Shown piece by piece: positions 4,956-6,068 of a stretch of DNA of 6,068 bases. Under the pieces are notes generated by a model. It was not told the DNA's origin. It saw only the letters and a list, made by a program, of their open reading frames with translations, and did not search any database. Numbering within the stretch: the first letter of the stretch is position 1; every line of letters starts with the position of its first letter. Position numbers and translations under genes: made by a program. This stretch comes from Escherichia phage ID21. The stretch lies in the sequence record NC_007818.1, one strand, 5' to 3'.

Positions 4956-5090
4956 AAGGCCGCCGCACTCCCGGTTATATGCCTGCCCAGTGTAGGGCGG
5001 ACCGAGCCGTACGGAGATACCCGATAAACTAGGAACGTGGAAGGCGTTAGCCGCCTTCCCTCCTGCTAAGCCCAAAGGAGACTTTCAGCT
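4956..5090 (+). other. 135-nt GC-rich structured G-H intergenic region; candidate complementary (-) strand origin of the DnaG-primase-dependent type
   Basis: No credible ORF. Several stem-loops are visible (6-bp stem 4983-5000; CCGTACGG palindrome 5007-5014; perfect 8-bp stem 5039-5059). A CTG at 5063-5065 sits just 3' of the strongest hairpin. GC-rich unlike the T-rich coding regions. Confidence 0.4.
5039..5059 (+). other. Perfect hairpin GGAAGGCG-TTAGC-CGCCTTCC (8-bp stem, 5-nt loop)
   Basis: Inverted repeat read directly from the sequence. Not followed by a T-run, so not a canonical intrinsic terminator. Confidence 0.5.
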
Positions 5091-6068
5091 ATGTTAGGTG
5101 CCGTTGTAGGTGGTATTGCTTCAGCCTTAGCCGGTGGAGCCGCCTCTAAGTTATTTGGTGGCAAGTCTGCCCCTCAAGCCGCTACAGAGTCCGCTGGTCT
5201 ATCTAACGGTCAAGGTGTTATTGGTATGGACCAAGATGCCGGTATTCAGTCTGCTATTCAGGGTTCAAATGTCCCAAATGGTCAGATTCCTGCTCCTACT
5301 ACTACAGGTGGCGTTATGTCTGATGCTGGCAATATGATTAAGAATGCTGGTAAAGATTTGCTTGATGGTGTTATGACTGCTGGTAGTGACCGCGTTAAGC
5401 AGGCTTTGATTGATAAGTTAGGTGGCAATAATGCGAAGAAACAAGGACAAGCAACCCGTGATTACTTGGCTGCGGCCTTCCCTGAGCTCAACGCATGGGA
5501 GCGTGCTGGAGCTGGTGCTTCCGGCGCCGGCTTGGAATCTTCCAGTCAGGACCAACAGAAAGAATTGATGCGGATGCAGTTGGACAACCAGAAAGATATT
5601 GCGAAGATGCAGATGCAGAATAATTTGCAGATTGCAGGTATTCAGTCCGCTACTTCTCGTCAAAATACGAAGGATTCTGTTTATGCTCAGAATGAGATGC
5701 TTCAGTACAATCAGCGTGAGTCGCAAGCGCGTGTTGAGTCCATCCTTGCCAACACTGACCTTACGGCTAAACAGGCCACCCATGAAATTATGAGAATGGC
5801 CCTTACTCGTGCTCAGGAGACTGGTCAACACTTAACTAACTCCCAGGTTATGGCATTGGAGAAAAAGGTTTATGCAGAAATCGGAAAAATTCATCAGGAT
5901 ACTCAAAATGCTCGTTATGGTAGCTCTCAAGTTACTGCTGCGGCGAAAGATGTTACAAATATGATTTCTGATGCTGCTGGCGGTGTTGCCGATTGGGCTT
6001 CTCAGCAGTGGAATTCTTTCTTTAAAGATGGCAAGTCTAATGGTATTCCTCTCAATACCAGAAAATAA
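5091..6068 (+). CDS. H: Minor spike / DNA pilot protein H (325 aa)
   Basis: ORF track 5091..6068. Gly/Ala-rich N-terminus MLGAVVGGIASALAGGAASKLFGG, TRDYLAAAFPELNAWERAGA, IAGIQSATSRQNTKD.VYAQNEML and RYGSS match recalled phiX174 gpH. SD AAAGGAG 5074-5080. The stop codon is the last triplet of the window. Confidence 0.93.
   Translation: MLGAVVGGIASALAGGAASKLFGGKSAPQAATESAGLSNGQGVIGMDQDAGIQSAIQGSNVPNGQIPAPTTTGGVMSDAGNMIKNAGKDLLDGVMTAGSDRVKQALIDKLGGNNAKKQGQATRDYLAAAFPELNAWERAGAGASGAGLESSSQDQQKELMRMQLDNQKDIAKMQMQNNLQIAGIQSATSRQNTKDSVYAQNEMLQYNQRESQARVESILANTDLTAKQATHEIMRMALTRAQETGQHLTNSQVMALEKKVYAEIGKIHQDTQNARYGSSQVTAAAKDVTNMISDAAGGVADWASQQWNSFFKDGKSNGIPLNTRK

Noticed and set aside
783-5793. Out-of-frame + strand ORFs nested in A, F, G and H (783-1028, 1326-1634, 3739-3999, 4069-4365, 4639-4995, 5134-5337, 5599-5793)
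   Set aside because: No counterpart among known microvirus overlapping genes (only B, K, E and A* are established). Products are low-complexity Leu/Ser/Arg-rich strings typical of off-frame translation of T-rich sequence. No convincing SD.
417-5831. All minus-strand ORFs in the track (417-650, 743-1033, 1184-1684, 1694-1990, 2590-2781, 3171-3635, 3996-4295, 4854-5075, 5418-5831)
   Set aside because: phiX174-type phages are transcribed from one strand only, in the sense of the viral + strand. These ORFs lie antisense to strongly supported genes, lack SD sequences and have no recognisable products. They are expected by-products of the T-rich coding strand.
1-6068. tRNA, rRNA, CRISPR arrays, insertion sequences, integrase or attachment sites
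   Set aside because: None seen: no cloverleaf-like structures, no repeat-spacer arrays, no transposase or integrase-like ORFs. The window is fully accounted for by a lytic microvirus genome.

Overview
The window reads as an essentially complete genome of a phiX174-family microvirus (Microviridae/Bullavirinae), most like the alpha3/St-1 group, linearised just after the gene H stop codon. All canonical genes lie on the + strand in the conserved order A (with nested A* and B), K, C, D (with nested E), J, F, G, H. Identification rests on my recollection of phiX174 protein sequences and on motifs visible in the sequence; no database search was run. Recognisable elements include the 30-nt viral-strand replication origin inside gene A, a UUCG-tetraloop hairpin repeated in the J-F and F-G spacers, and sigma70-like promoters ahead of A and D. 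The main hunting result is the 760-nt region upstream of gene A (1-760), which is only a short spacer in phiX174 as I recall it. Here it carries three tightly packed + strand ORFs (67-435, 439-528, 525-701), each with its own Shine-Dalgarno sequence and phage-like codon usage, and none recognisable to me. The 135-nt GC-rich G-H spacer, with a perfect 8-bp hairpin next to a CTG, is a candidate primase-dependent complementary-strand origin. All minus-strand ORFs in the track are judged spurious.
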